Positions 11,375 through 21,863 of a stretch of 64,000 nucleotides of DNA are shown here, piece by piece. The first letter of the stretch is position 1, and each line of letters begins with the position of its first letter. Under the pieces are notes generated by a model. It saw only the letters and a list, made by a program, of their open reading frames with translations, was not told the origin of the DNA and did no database searches. Both the position numbers and the translations under genes were made by a program. Source of the DNA: Dehalococcoidia bacterium (lineage in GTDB: Bacteria; Chloroflexota; Dehalococcoidia; Plut-88900); the NCBI GenBank assembly GCA_965197585.1, contig OZ240215.1, positions 1,600,001 to 1,664,000 on the forward strand, given 5' to 3'.

Positions 11375-13407
11375 CTACAGCGCCCACACGTTGAAATTTA
11401 AAAACTGAGCGTCACCCCTGTCACCTTCGAAAAATCCAGCCATCGCACTAACCTCGCCAACATCTTGATTATGTCCCAAGTCCAACTTGAACACTAATTG
11501 GTCGTTTATGAAAACCCACCCCGAGCCCGCAACAGCTATCAATGCCAGCCGATTCCGATTCGAAGACAGACGGCACCCAGAACTGGAAAGGAAACCAGAA
11601 GACACCTCGGTGTATTCGGTGTCCCCAACGTCCCGAGTATTGTGGAACCACCATTCATCATCCGTCACACCAATAACTTCCAATCGATTGAACTCGGGGT
11701 TCCTTATTACGAATCCATAGTCCCAGTTTTGACCCCCCGGATTGATAAACTCCACTTCTACCACCAAATCCCTGGTCCACACTCTGCTTCCGTGTTCTCC
11801 GATAACACCCGGCCTATCCTCCATGACTCCGTCCACAGGTCCATACTGCCTCCTCAACCTATAGCCCTTGAAACCCTCGTATCGGGTCACGGCCCCGGTA
11901 ATTTCATTCCCCCCGTAATATCCAGTGAAGACCACGACGTCACCGGCATGTGGCACTGTTGCCAAGTCTACAAGCGTGACAAAATCTCCATTCACAAAGA
12001 ACCATCCCCGCTCTCCTAGAGTCACAACCATCAGGTGATTACGGCCTCCGACACTCGAATCGAAGTTCCCGATTTTTCCCGCATCCAGGAGGCTGGAAGA
12101 AGACCCAATGCCAGATTTTACCTCCCAGCTATGGTCGCTAGTTACGATAAACCCCAGAAACGAACCAATGCTATCCTGCCAGTTATAGCGCAAGAACATC
12201 CCGTAGTCCCATGAGTTAGTCGAAGCCGCATATGGGTTCACGAACCTGGTCTCAACAACCATGTCTGATGCCAAGACGTTGGCATGGATGATCTTTGAGT
12301 AATTCGCGGATGCATTGTGGCGGAGCTCTCCGTTCAAAGGCCCAAAGTCATATCCCTGACTCGCAAAAGGTGTTGGGGTAGGGCTTGTAGGAGTTGCAGT
12401 CGGCACCGCCGTCCCAGCCCTCAGGACCGGCACCCGCTCTGTCACCGTCCTCGCTGATATCGCAAACCCGATCCCCTCCGCACCATAGTCCGACACGTAT
12501 ACAAACGAGTTGATCCCCAGCACTCGGCCTTCAGGCGAAAGCATAGGGCCTCCACTGTTGCCCGGGTTTATCGACGCGTCCGTTTGGATCACATACGCCT
12601 GATGATCTGAGTCGTAGCGCAATGCCGATACTATCCCCTTTGTAACAGTAGCCTGCCCTTCGATGCCCAACGCATATCCAATGTTCACCACTTCGTCCCC
12701 TACTTCCAGCGCCGTCGCATCCCCGAACTCCAGAGCTGTGAAATCGCCGCAACAGTGCTTACAACCGCCAGATCCCGAGTTGCGTCTACCCCCAACACCG
12801 TCCCGTTATAAGTCGTCGAATCGTTTACCGTCACATTCACTCTTGACAGCGCCTCTACAACATGCTCATTAGTGACCACGTATCCCGTCCGGCCCTGCGT
12901 GTCGAATATGACCCCAGTACCGCTGATCGTGCTACTGGTTATCCTCACCACGGCCGGCCGCGCCCGTCTAACCATCACACTAATCGGCTCCGAGCTGGAC
13001 GTTGCAGTGGGCACAGGCGTAGGTATGGCCGTAGGCACAGGCGCTGGTGTGGCTGTAGGCACGGGTGTGGGTGTGGCCGTAGGTAGGGGCGTGGGCGTGG
13101 CTGTAGGCACAAGTGTGGGAGTGGCTGTAGGCACGTGTGTGGGAGTGGGCGTCGAGACCAGTGTGGGCGCAGGTATAGCCGTGGGGGGCATTGCCGCCAT
13201 GGTGGCCGCCAGCCGTGCCTCAACTGTGGCGTCGATGTCCGGGAGAGGGGTTGGCGTAGCTGTAGGCAGGGCTTCCGCGACCGCCGTCCTCACCTCCGCC
13301 CCCACGTCGGTAGTAGGCGTAGGGGCTTCACCCGACCCGCTGCACGCGCCCATCAATAGCGCAAGGGTGATTGCCACCACACCAAGGACTCTCATTTGTT
13401 GCCCCAA
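11375..13407 (-). pseudogene. Lipoprotein trypsin-like (HtrA-type S1C) serine protease with Pro/Thr linkers and two C-terminal repeat domains, split by a 1-nt frameshift near 12756
   Basis: Lipobox LMGAC, (PTATP)n, TNEHVV (His) and DLAVV (Asp) in ORF 12700-13407; QTDASINPGNSGGP (Ser) in ORF 11375-12691. Adding one base restores DLAVVSxCCGDFTALEFGDATALEVGDEVVNIGY. Confidence 0.85.
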
Positions 13408-13491
13408 CTACTCCTACGTATAAGCCTGCTCCGGAGTTCGCGCAATATCCCGTACCCTCTAAATCATCCCGTCTCCCCCACACCCGACTCC

Positions 13492-13884
13492 CTACACGCT
13501 CCCCGCATCTTCTACGTACGCGGGCCCCGCATTGTCCGGCCTGAGATTTCTGGCGTCTTTCATATATACGTGCTTTATGTCTTTTGCCGTCTTCTCAGTG
13601 TTAATCAGAACCATTGCCCGGATCACCTTTTTGAGTCCCTTAGGCACGTTCATCTCGTGGCCGCAAAGAAGGGCCGTGTCCACCCAACCCAGCCGCCGGG
13701 CCGCGACCGCCGGATACTCCGCATTCAGGTCCTCCGTAGTAGTAAACGTCGCCGAGGCTATCTGATCAGCCTCGATGTCGTTCGCCTTGATCATCTGTTG
13801 GAGAAGCTCAGTCGTAGCCTTAAGGATCGATTCCTCACTGTTCTCTGTTGCCGTAATGGCCCCGCGTATTCCTCTGCACCACAA
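13492..13884 (-). CDS. aroH: AroH-class chorismate mutase (TTG start after an AGGAG RBS)
   Basis: CRGIRGAIT, FTTTEDLNAEYPAVAAR, HEMNVP and NLRPD motifs. Confidence 0.93.
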   Translation of the reverse strand: MWCRGIRGAITATENSEESILKATTELLQQMIKANDIEADQIASATFTTTEDLNAEYPAVAARRLGWVDTALLCGHEMNVPKGLKKVIRAMVLINTEKTAKDIKHVYMKDARNLRPDNAGPAYVEDAGSV

Positions 13885-13900
13885 AATAAAAACTCTCCTG

Positions 13901-14701
13901 TTACAAAGCCTCAGCGCAGCCCCGAAGCCCGCGCACAAAATTCCTTACATTCTCTTCCCGGTCCCCAGGCACCGACTGCTCGATCAGGTTTATTAGAGCG
14001 CTTCCCACAGCCACTCCATCTGACATCGAAGCGGCCCTTTCCACGTGCTCTCTTGTCGAAATCCCAAACCCGACCAATAACGGCAAGTCCGTCTCGGCCC
14101 TCACCCTGCCCAGAAACTCCGGAAGATCGGCTCCCATCTCCCGCCTCGCCCCCGTGACACCCGTCAAGCCGACGCAGTACACGAACCCCGATGACACCGC
14201 CGCCACTCTTTTTATCCGCTCCTCCGTGCTGGTAGGGGCCAGAAGAAATATGAAGTCCATGCCGCGGGCCTTCGCCTCGCTCTGCAATGGCCCCGCCTCT
14301 TCGAGAGGCAAATCGACAACAATCAGCCCATCGAGACCCGCCTCCGACGCATCATCGGCAAACTGGTTCAGACCATAGCTCAGCAGCGGATTGTAGTATC
14401 CCATCAATATCAACGGAACGTCCGGGAATCGGCTTCGTGCGTTCCGGCAGCAATCGAGGCAGTCCGCAAGAGTGATGTTCTGATCAAGAGCAACCTGGCT
14501 GGACCTCTGTACGGTCGGCCCTTCCGCAAGGGGATCACTGAACGGAGCCCCAAGCTCGATAATGTCGGCCCCACCCTCCACCATTGCCCCTACCATAGCC
14601 TGGGTCAACTCCCTCTCAGGAAACCCGACTGTTAGAAACGTTGCAATAACGGGTCTATCAGCAGCTCGGGCCCGTTCAAATGTATCGGATAAACGGCTCA
14701 T
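13901..14701 (-). CDS. trpA: Tryptophan synthase alpha chain
   Basis: ELGAPFSDPLAEGP, LMGYYNP, GVTGAR, VGFGIS and VGSALI motifs. Confidence 0.96.
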   Translation of the reverse strand: MSRLSDTFERARAADRPVIATFLTVGFPERELTQAMVGAMVEGGADIIELGAPFSDPLAEGPTVQRSSQVALDQNITLADCLDCCRNARSRFPDVPLILMGYYNPLLSYGLNQFADDASEAGLDGLIVVDLPLEEAGPLQSEAKARGMDFIFLLAPTSTEERIKRVAAVSSGFVYCVGLTGVTGARREMGADLPEFLGRVRAETDLPLLVGFGISTREHVERAASMSDGVAVGSALINLIEQSVPGDREENVRNFVRGLRGCAEAL

Positions 14702-15003
14702 TTGCTTATCAACATCCGGTCTTTTTTCAAACCCAACCCCCTCGGCCTTGCTCCCCGCACCAATAAGGGTGGAATACTAGCACCCCCCTCCCCCCCTTTC
14801 AAGAAACGTAGACAGACCCTCATATTCTCGATATTTCAAGCTACTAGTCAGGGGAGCCCGTGAAAATTGCCATGCCGTATAAGCTGAGTTTCTTCATAGT
14901 CACTCGCTCCTCTCCACTCCTACACTCCCCGCCGTATCTACTGCTTATTATCCGACTTGCGAAATACGGCCCAACTACCTCCCCTCCTTCCCTTCCCACA
15001 CCC

Positions 15004-15032
15004 TTGACACAACTTTAGCCTATCGGTATCTT
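15004..15032 (+). promoter_or_regulatory. sigma70-like promoter for the Mo-hydroxylase operon
   Basis: TTGACA-17 bp-TATCTT. Confidence 0.6.
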
Positions 15033-15119
15033 GGAACCGCTTCATTAGGAAGTAATACCCGTGGCCCTAAGCCTAGGACTCAACCTGTCCCTCGTTTGAG
15101 GGGGAAAAGAGGCCCGCCT

Positions 15120-15992
15120 TTGAAATGGATCGATTACCTTAGCCCTACGTCCCTTAGCAAGGCTGTCGAGATCCTCGCCCGTGACGGCGACCGCACCCGT
15201 GCCCTCGCCGGCGGCACTGACATCCTCGTTCAGCTTCGCGCCAGGCGTCGCCAACCCGATTTGCTGCTCGACGTCAAAACCATCCCGGAGCTCAATGAGC
15301 TCTCCTACGACTCCGCCTCAGGCTTGACCATTGGCGCAGCGGTCGAATGTTGCAAGATCTACGAAGACGCCGCTGTGATGGCGCATTACCCCGCCCTCGT
15401 GGACTGCACCTCAATCATCGGCGGCATCCAGATCCAGGGTCGAGCCTCCGTTGGCGGCAACCTCTGTAACGCCGCCCCCAGCGCCGACTCCATTCCCGCT
15501 TTGATAGCCTACGGCGCAACCGCTAATATCGCCGGACCCAACGGCACCCGTAGCGTCCCCGTCGAGGACGTCTGCACCGGCCCCGGTCTGAGCATACTCG
15601 CCGCCAACGAGATTCTTGTCTCGATTAGCGTCCCAGCCCCCGCTGCCAACTCCGGCGCCCGCTACATCCGCTTCATACCCCGTAACGAAATGGACATCGC
15701 CGTAGTCGGGGCAGGCGTATCGGTGGAGTTGGACGGAGACACCATCAAGTCCGCCCGCGTGTCCCTCGCCTCCGTCGCACCAACTCCCCTCTTCGTCAGG
15801 GAAGCCGGCGACGCCCTCGCCGGGCAGCCTATAAGCGACGAGTCCATTCGTAAGGCTTCCGCGCTCGCCCAGGCCGCTGCCAGACCCATTACCGACATGC
15901 GCGGCACCATCGAATTCAGGACACACCTCTGTGAAGTTTTGACCCGACGAGCTTTAAACACCGCCATCGAGCGGGCCAAGGAGGCGTCTTAG
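15120..15992 (+). CDS. Xanthine dehydrogenase/CoxM-family FAD-binding subunit
   Basis: LAGGTD, ASVGGNLCNAAPSAD and PITDMRGT motifs. Confidence 0.93.
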   Translation: MKWIDYLSPTSLSKAVEILARDGDRTRALAGGTDILVQLRARRRQPDLLLDVKTIPELNELSYDSASGLTIGAAVECCKIYEDAAVMAHYPALVDCTSIIGGIQIQGRASVGGNLCNAAPSADSIPALIAYGATANIAGPNGTRSVPVEDVCTGPGLSILAANEILVSISVPAPAANSGARYIRFIPRNEMDIAVVGAGVSVELDGDTIKSARVSLASVAPTPLFVREAGDALAGQPISDESIRKASALAQAAARPITDMRGTIEFRTHLCEVLTRRALNTAIERAKEAS

Positions 15993-16478
15993 ATGCCCAG
16001 GAAAACCTACGTACAGACGACCATTAACGGCGAAAACGTCGAGTTCCTCTGCGAACCCCGACAAAGCCTCCTCGAGTGCCTGCGCGATGTAATCGGGCTC
16101 ACCGGCTCTAAAGAGGGCTGTAATGACGGCAACTGCGGCGCCTGCACCGTGAACATGGATGGCCGCATCGTCACCTCCTGCCTCGTCCTCGGCGTCGAGG
16201 CCGAAGGCAAGAACATCGAAACCATTGAGGGCGTAGCCGACGGCAACAACCTCCACCCCATACAGCAGGCCTTCCTCGAAAATGCAGCCCTCCAGTGCGG
16301 CATCTGCACCCCCGGCTTCATCGTGGCGGCCAAGGCGCTCCTTGAAAGGGAACCCGACCCCTCAGAGGACCGCATCCGCTTCTGGCTCGCCAACAATCTT
16401 TGCCGCTGCACGGGCTACGACAAGATCGTTAGAGCCGTACTCGACTCCGCGAAGAAGATGCAGGAGGCTAAGAGTTGA
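15993..16478 (+). CDS. CoxS-family 2x[2Fe-2S] subunit
   Basis: GCNDGNCGACTV, QCGICTPG and NLCRCTGY motifs. Confidence 0.96.
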   Translation: MPRKTYVQTTINGENVEFLCEPRQSLLECLRDVIGLTGSKEGCNDGNCGACTVNMDGRIVTSCLVLGVEAEGKNIETIEGVADGNNLHPIQQAFLENAALQCGICTPGFIVAAKALLEREPDPSEDRIRFWLANNLCRCTGYDKIVRAVLDSAKKMQEAKS

Positions 16479-18754
16479 CAACAAGGCAGGGCACCGACTC
16501 CAACGTAGTCCTAGTTAATCAGGAGTTCGATGTAGTCGGCACCCGGCCCATCCGTCATGACGGCGCGGATAAGGTAACGGGCCGCGCCCGTTACGGCGCC
16601 GACTTCCAGGCCGCCGACCTCCTTCGCGCCAGGGTACTGCGCAGCCCCCACGCCCACGCCCGCATTAAGTCCATAGACACCTCCAAGGCCGAGGCCCTGG
16701 AAGGCGTCCGCGCCGTTGTCACCTCTAAAGACTTCCCCACCAACGGCGCCGACAAGCCTGCCAGACACTACCAGCGGGAGAACGTCCTCGCCGGAGAGAA
16801 GGCCCTCTACGTCGGCCATGCCATAGTAGGCGTAGCCGCCGTGAGCGAACATGTCGCCGAAGAGGCCCTTTCCCTCATCGATATCGAATACGAGGTCCTT
16901 CCGCCCGTCACCAGTGCCCCCCAGGGCATGGCCTCCGACGCGCCTATTCTCCACGAGGAAATGCGCACCGACGAGTCCGGTGAAAAAGGCGCTGAGCCCA
17001 GCAATGTCGCCACCCACTTCCAACAGGTCATCGGCGATATCGAAGAGGGTTTTGCAAAGGCCGATTTCATCATCGAAAGAGATTTCGACACCGCAACCGT
17101 CCACCAAGGCTACATCGAGCCCCAGAACGGCACCGCCCTCTGGAACAATGATGGCCGTCTCCACGTCTGGACCAGTACTCAGGGCGCCTTTCCCGTAAGG
17201 ACCTCCATGTCTCAGATCTTGGACATACCCGTTTCCAAGATACGCGTAACACCTATGGAGATCGGTGGAGGGTTCGGCGGCAAGATACCCGTCTACTTGG
17301 AACCCGTGGCCGCGCTCCTCTCCAGGAAGACCGGCCGACCCGTCAAGATGCAGATGTCCCGCAGAGAGGTTTTCGAGGGCACAGGCCCGACCCCCGGCTC
17401 CCACGTAAAGGTAAAGATGGGCGCCACCAGGGACGGCAAACTTACCGCCGCCCAGGCCCACCTCGCCTACGAGGCCGGAGCCTTCCCCGGCTCCCCCGTT
17501 GGTGCCGGTGCTACTTGCGTTTTCGCCTGCTACAACATCCCCAATATCGTCATTGACGGCTACGATGTTGTCGTAAACAAGCCCAAGACGGCGGCCTACA
17601 GGGCCCCCGGCGCGACCAACGCGGCCTTCGCTTCCGAGACAGTGGTAGATATGCTCGCCGAGAAGGTTGGCATGGACCCCTTGGACTTCCGTATGCTCAA
17701 CACCTCGAAGGAAGGCACCCGTCGCGCAGACGGCACGTCCTACGGCGTGGTCGGCTGCGCCGAGGTTATCGAGGCCATGAAGTCGCATCCCCACTACGCT
17801 TCCAAGCTGGAAGGACCCAACCGGGGACGAGGTGTCGCAGTCGGGTTCTGGATGAATATCGGCTGGAGGTCGGCCTGCTCCATCAGCGTCAACTATGATG
17901 GCACCATCAATCTGCTCATCGGCTCCACCGACATCGGCGGAACCCGAGCCTCCATCGCCATGCAGGCCGCAGAGGTCCTGGGCATCTCTCCCGAGGACGT
18001 TAACCCCGCCGTCGTCGACACAGACTCTATAGGCTACACCGACGTCACTGGCGGCAGCCGTACCACCTTCGCCACCGGCTGGGCCGCCCACGAGGCCGCG
18101 GTGGACGTCCGCAACGAAATGGTAAAACGGGCCGCCATCCTCTGGGAAATAGAGCCGGAGAACATTGAGTTCAACAAGAGCGTATTCAGGTCCAAGTCGG
18201 ACCCTGAACTCTCCATCTCCTTCAAGGAGTTGGCTCGCAAGATGAACGATACCGGAGGTGGCGTCGTAGGCAAGTCCACCGTCGACCCCAAGGGCGTAGG
18301 CGTCTCCTTTGCCGGTGCAATCGCCGACGTGGAGATAGACCCCGAGACTGGCAAGGTCACCGTCCTCCGCTTCACCTGCGTCCAGGACGTAGGCAAAGCC
18401 GTTCACCCGTCCTATGTGGAAGGCCAAATGCAGGGCGGCAGCGTCCAGGGCATCGGCTGGGGCCTCAACGAGGAGTATTACATGAACCCCGAGGGTGGCA
18501 TGGACAATTTCACCCTCCTAGACTACCGGATGCCCACTTCCCTCGACATCCCCATGATCGACACCGTCATCGTCGAAGTCGCCAACCCCGGCCATCCCTA
18601 CGGAGTCCGGGGCGTGGGAGAGGCAAGCATAATCGCTCCCCCCGCGGCCATCGCCGACGCCATACACAACGCCATGGGCATTAGGCTGGAAAACTTGCCA
18701 ATGAATCCCCCGGCAGTCCTGGCCGCTCTGAGTAACGGTAACTCCGAGAGTTGA
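16475..18754 (+). CDS. Xanthine-oxidase-family molybdopterin-binding large subunit (not a form I CO dehydrogenase)
   Basis: LRSPHAHARI, GGGFGGK, AYRAPG active-site loop, EGQMQGG and RGVGE motifs. Confidence 0.93.
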   Translation: MTTRQGTDSNVVLVNQEFDVVGTRPIRHDGADKVTGRARYGADFQAADLLRARVLRSPHAHARIKSIDTSKAEALEGVRAVVTSKDFPTNGADKPARHYQRENVLAGEKALYVGHAIVGVAAVSEHVAEEALSLIDIEYEVLPPVTSAPQGMASDAPILHEEMRTDESGEKGAEPSNVATHFQQVIGDIEEGFAKADFIIERDFDTATVHQGYIEPQNGTALWNNDGRLHVWTSTQGAFPVRTSMSQILDIPVSKIRVTPMEIGGGFGGKIPVYLEPVAALLSRKTGRPVKMQMSRREVFEGTGPTPGSHVKVKMGATRDGKLTAAQAHLAYEAGAFPGSPVGAGATCVFACYNIPNIVIDGYDVVVNKPKTAAYRAPGATNAAFASETVVDMLAEKVGMDPLDFRMLNTSKEGTRRADGTSYGVVGCAEVIEAMKSHPHYASKLEGPNRGRGVAVGFWMNIGWRSACSISVNYDGTINLLIGSTDIGGTRASIAMQAAEVLGISPEDVNPAVVDTDSIGYTDVTGGSRTTFATGWAAHEAAVDVRNEMVKRAAILWEIEPENIEFNKSVFRSKSDPELSISFKELARKMNDTGGGVVGKSTVDPKGVGVSFAGAIADVEIDPETGKVTVLRFTCVQDVGKAVHPSYVEGQMQGGSVQGIGWGLNEEYYMNPEGGMDNFTLLDYRMPTSLDIPMIDTVIVEVANPGHPYGVRGVGEASIIAPPAAIADAIHNAMGIRLENLPMNPPAVLAALSNGNSES

Positions 18755-18758
18755 GCTC

Positions 18759-19022
18759 ATGGCCACCGTATTTATCCCGTCCCTGATGCGGACCCTATCC
18801 GGCGGTAAGGACCGCGCCGAGATTGAGGGTTCAACCGTGCGCCAGATCATCAAGAACCTTGACGAGGTCTTTCCCGGAATGCAGAACCGGCTCACCGAGA
18901 ACGGACGCCTCAAGGCCGCTTTTGCCGTCGCCGTAGACGGCGAAGTCTCCCAGCTTGGCATCCTCGAAAAAGTCCGCGAGGACAGCGAGGTCCACTTCCT
19001 CAACGCCATAGCCGGCGGCTAG
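18759..19022 (+). CDS. MoaD/ThiS-family ubiquitin-like sulfur carrier
   Basis: 87 aa, beta-grasp pattern, C-terminal AIAGG. Confidence 0.88.
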   Translation: MATVFIPSLMRTLSGGKDRAEIEGSTVRQIIKNLDEVFPGMQNRLTENGRLKAAFAVAVDGEVSQLGILEKVREDSEVHFLNAIAGG

Positions 19023-19040
19023 ACGGGGCACCGCACCAAC

Positions 19041-19515
19041 ATGGAGCAGCCCAACCCCATAACCGAACTCACCTACGAAGACGCCCAGATCGGCTTCGAG
19101 TTCGTCCCCTACACCTTCGAGGTCACCCGAGACCTCGTTGACCACTTGGCTGACCTCCTCGAAGAAGATCTCCCCGTCTTCCGCAATTCCGACGCTGCCA
19201 AAGATGCCGGCTATTCACAAATCGTAGCCATGCCCGTGCTTATGAACTGCTATGCCCACTTCATAGCTATCATGGATGGCGCGGGTTATCGACGCCCGGG
19301 CGAGTCCTTCCACTCCCGTTCCGGCTTCACCTTCATCGCACCCGTCTACCCCGGCGACACCATCACCAGCAAGATGAAGATCGTCGACAAGTGGGTTAAG
19401 CGAGACCATCAGTATCTCGCATTCCGCATCGAGAGCCGTAACCAGAACGGTCCGTCGCCGAGAAATACCACGCCAGCGTCTGGCCCAGCGAGAACAATCC
19501 GCCCGCCCTTAGGAG
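19041..19515 (+). pseudogene. MaoC-like (hot-dog) dehydratase subunit, frameshifted near 19450
   Basis: FIAPVYPGDTI...NQNG motif, then the frame runs into nonsense; the alternative frame gives VAEKYHASVWP. Confidence 0.65.
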
Positions 19516-19521
19516 AGCGTC

Positions 19522-20240
19522 ATGGCCCAAGCCGGAGATCCGAAAAGGCGACACCGTCCCGACCCTCACCCGCACCGAGGAGATGGTCATCGCCTACGAA
19601 AACCCTTCGAGAGAATAGCCGCCCGCAGGAGAGCGTCATGGCCCAAGCCGGAGCGACTCACCGAGGCCCTCTTCTCCGTCCTCCTCACCCGCTGGCTCCC
19701 CAAACCCAAGGGTTGGAAAGGCGGCACCCTCACCACCAAGTTCACCGTCTGGTACCGACACCCTCACCTACAACGCAGAAGTCTCACCCGCCACCGTCCA
19801 CCTCAACATCTGGGCCGAAGACGGCAAAAAAGTCATCGTCGGCGAAGGTCCTGTAGCCTATCGCCTACGAAAACCTCTTCGAGAGAATAGCCGCCCGCAG
19901 CGATTGGAAGGCCAGCTTCCACGCCGACCGGGAAGCCGCCTCCCAGACCATGTACCAGGAGCCCATTGCCCAGGGCGTCCTCACTGAGGTCCGCTCTTCT
20001 CCGTCCTCCTCACCCGCTGCCTCCCCAACCCTAAGGGTTGGATCGAAGGCGGCACCCTCACCACCAAGTTCATCGCCCCAGTCTGGTACGGAGACACCCT
20101 AACCTACAACGCAGAAGTCTCCAAAGTCGAAGACACCACCCCCCGCCCCACCGTCCACCTAAACATCTGGGCCGAAGACCAGAACGGCAAAAAAGTCATC
20201 GTCGGCGAAGCCATCCGCCCGATATCAGACTCATTGAACC
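19522..20240 (+). pseudogene. Second MaoC-family subunit, present as two scrambled tandem copies
   Basis: Fragments such as EGGTLTTKFIAPVWYGDTLTY and NIWAEDQNGKKVIVGEA; the segments at ~19660-19855 and ~19985-20215 are duplicates differing by many small deletions. Confidence 0.6.
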
Positions 20241-20382
20241 CACGTCCCATTCATCCCGCCCTCCCCCGTAGGGGTAGGTCTCGTGCGCTACACCTCCCGG
20301 ACAACTTCTTGGCCACAAAATGTGGATGTTAAGTACTGGGAAGGAGGTACTCGCTCTCGGCAGACTCAACGCTAACTACCCT

Positions 20383-20409
20383 GTCATTCCGAGGCCCCGC
20401 GAGGAATCT
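20383..20409 (+). repeat. 27-bp repeat A, copy 2
   Basis: GTCATTCCGAGGCCCCGCGAGGAATCT. Confidence 0.85.
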
Positions 20410-20569
20410 AACGCGCTTCATTAACAATCTGTCTCAGGAAACCCCCTCACCGAATGGCCCCGAATCCTCTCTTCCTCAACCAGTGTCCAGAGAACAACTG
20501 AAACTGATCAGTACCACTCGTTCGGGGACTTAGGTAACACATTCCATAGGATCACGTTGCAATGCTCCT

Positions 20570-21763
20570 TCACGGAATAACCCCCTCCCCCTTCATCCCC
20601 TCAATCTCATCCCAGGAATACCCACACTCCAGCAGCACCTCTTCCGTATGCTGCCCCGTCTCGGGCGCCGGCCCCCGAGCCCCATTCTCCGTCGCACTGA
20701 ACTTCACCGGAAAGTTAATCGTCCTGTACTCCCCAAACTCCGGGTGCTCCAGCGTCTCAAAAGCCCCAATCGCCTCGGCCTGCGGGTCCTCCGAGACCTC
20801 CATCAGGTTCTGGATCGGGGCCCAGATCACCTCGTTTTCGGTCAAGAGCGGGGCCCACTCATCCCGGGTCTTCGTCGCGAAAATCTTGTCGAACAATGCG
20901 TTTAGCTCAACGCAATGCTCTAGCAGTCCTTCCACCGTGGAGTACTCCGGCACATTCTCCAGGTCGGCAAGCCCCAGGGCCCGACACGTCCGCTGCCAGT
21001 AGGGGCAGGGATTTGGGTTCTCCAAGATCAACCACTTCCCGTCTTTTGCCTGGTACCAGTTCGTAATGGGACTTTCGTTCTCGTGGCGGTAGGGTCTGCG
21101 CTCAGCGTCTCGGCCATTCACCAAAGTCCTCTGCAGGTCAGCCCCGATAACCCACAGACCAGTGCCGAACAGCGACCCCGACACCTCCTGCCCCTCCCCC
21201 GTCCTCTCCCGGTAATACAGCGCACCCAGCACCCCCGCCAGCAGCCCCAGGGAAGTGGCGTGGTCTCCCATCCCGCCTCGCTGCAGGATGGGCGGTTCGC
21301 CCGGCCAACCCATCAGGTTCATGATACCCGACCGAGACCAGAATGCCCCGAAGTCCATACCTAGCCTGTCATATTGTGGCCCCTTCTCCCCGTATCCCGT
21401 GAAGGAAACATAGATAAGCCGGGAGTTGATGGCTTTCAAGTCTTCGTAGGTAACCCCAAACCTTCGCCTGCGTCTGGGCAGCAGGTTGGTCACGAACACG
21501 TCCACGCCCTTGGCAATCTTGTGCACTATCTCCTGCGACCGGGGATGGCCCAGGTCAAGCGCTATGTCCCTTTTGCCCCGATTGTCCTGTTCGAAAGCAT
21601 AGTTAACCGGGTCTCCAGCACGATACCCTCGCCACGGGTCTCCCCTGTGAGGCTCGACCTTTATGACGTCGGCCCCCAGGTCAGACAGCAGGGCCGCTGC
21701 CGCCGGCGCCGCCAGCCAGTTGGCTATTTCCAGGACCTTTATTCCATCAAGTATTCTGGTCAT
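20570..21763 (-). CDS. Family III CoA-transferase (CaiB/BaiF)
   Basis: LSDLGADVIKVE, NRGKR, GYGEKGP, MGD and APETGQHT motifs. Confidence 0.93.
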   Translation of the reverse strand: MTRILDGIKVLEIANWLAAPAAAALLSDLGADVIKVEPHRGDPWRGYRAGDPVNYAFEQDNRGKRDIALDLGHPRSQEIVHKIAKGVDVFVTNLLPRRRRRFGVTYEDLKAINSRLIYVSFTGYGEKGPQYDRLGMDFGAFWSRSGIMNLMGWPGEPPILQRGGMGDHATSLGLLAGVLGALYYRERTGEGQEVSGSLFGTGLWVIGADLQRTLVNGRDAERRPYRHENESPITNWYQAKDGKWLILENPNPCPYWQRTCRALGLADLENVPEYSTVEGLLEHCVELNALFDKIFATKTRDEWAPLLTENEVIWAPIQNLMEVSEDPQAEAIGAFETLEHPEFGEYRTINFPVKFSATENGARGPAPETGQHTEEVLLECGYSWDEIEGMKGEGVIP

Positions 21764-21863
21764 AGGTTAGAGATGTCCGAACTGCAAATGCCGGTCAAGT
21801 ATAATGGCCTCGGCAAACAAGCGACAACGCAGACTCCGACACCCCAGAAAGGGACGGCCAAAC

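Noticed and set aside
13000-13150. ~24-bp tandem DNA repeat
   Set aside because: It encodes the PTATPTPV linker of the protease and is not a separate element.
16511-18427. Long antisense ORFs (638 aa here; also 43784-45214, 49032-50090, 46906-47943 and 2677-3690)
   Set aside because: Shadow frames of high-GC genes with biased codon usage; no independent motifs.
15120-18754. Aerobic CO dehydrogenase (coxMSL)
   Set aside because: The large subunit lacks the AYxCSFR signature, and no coxDEFG accessory genes are adjacent.
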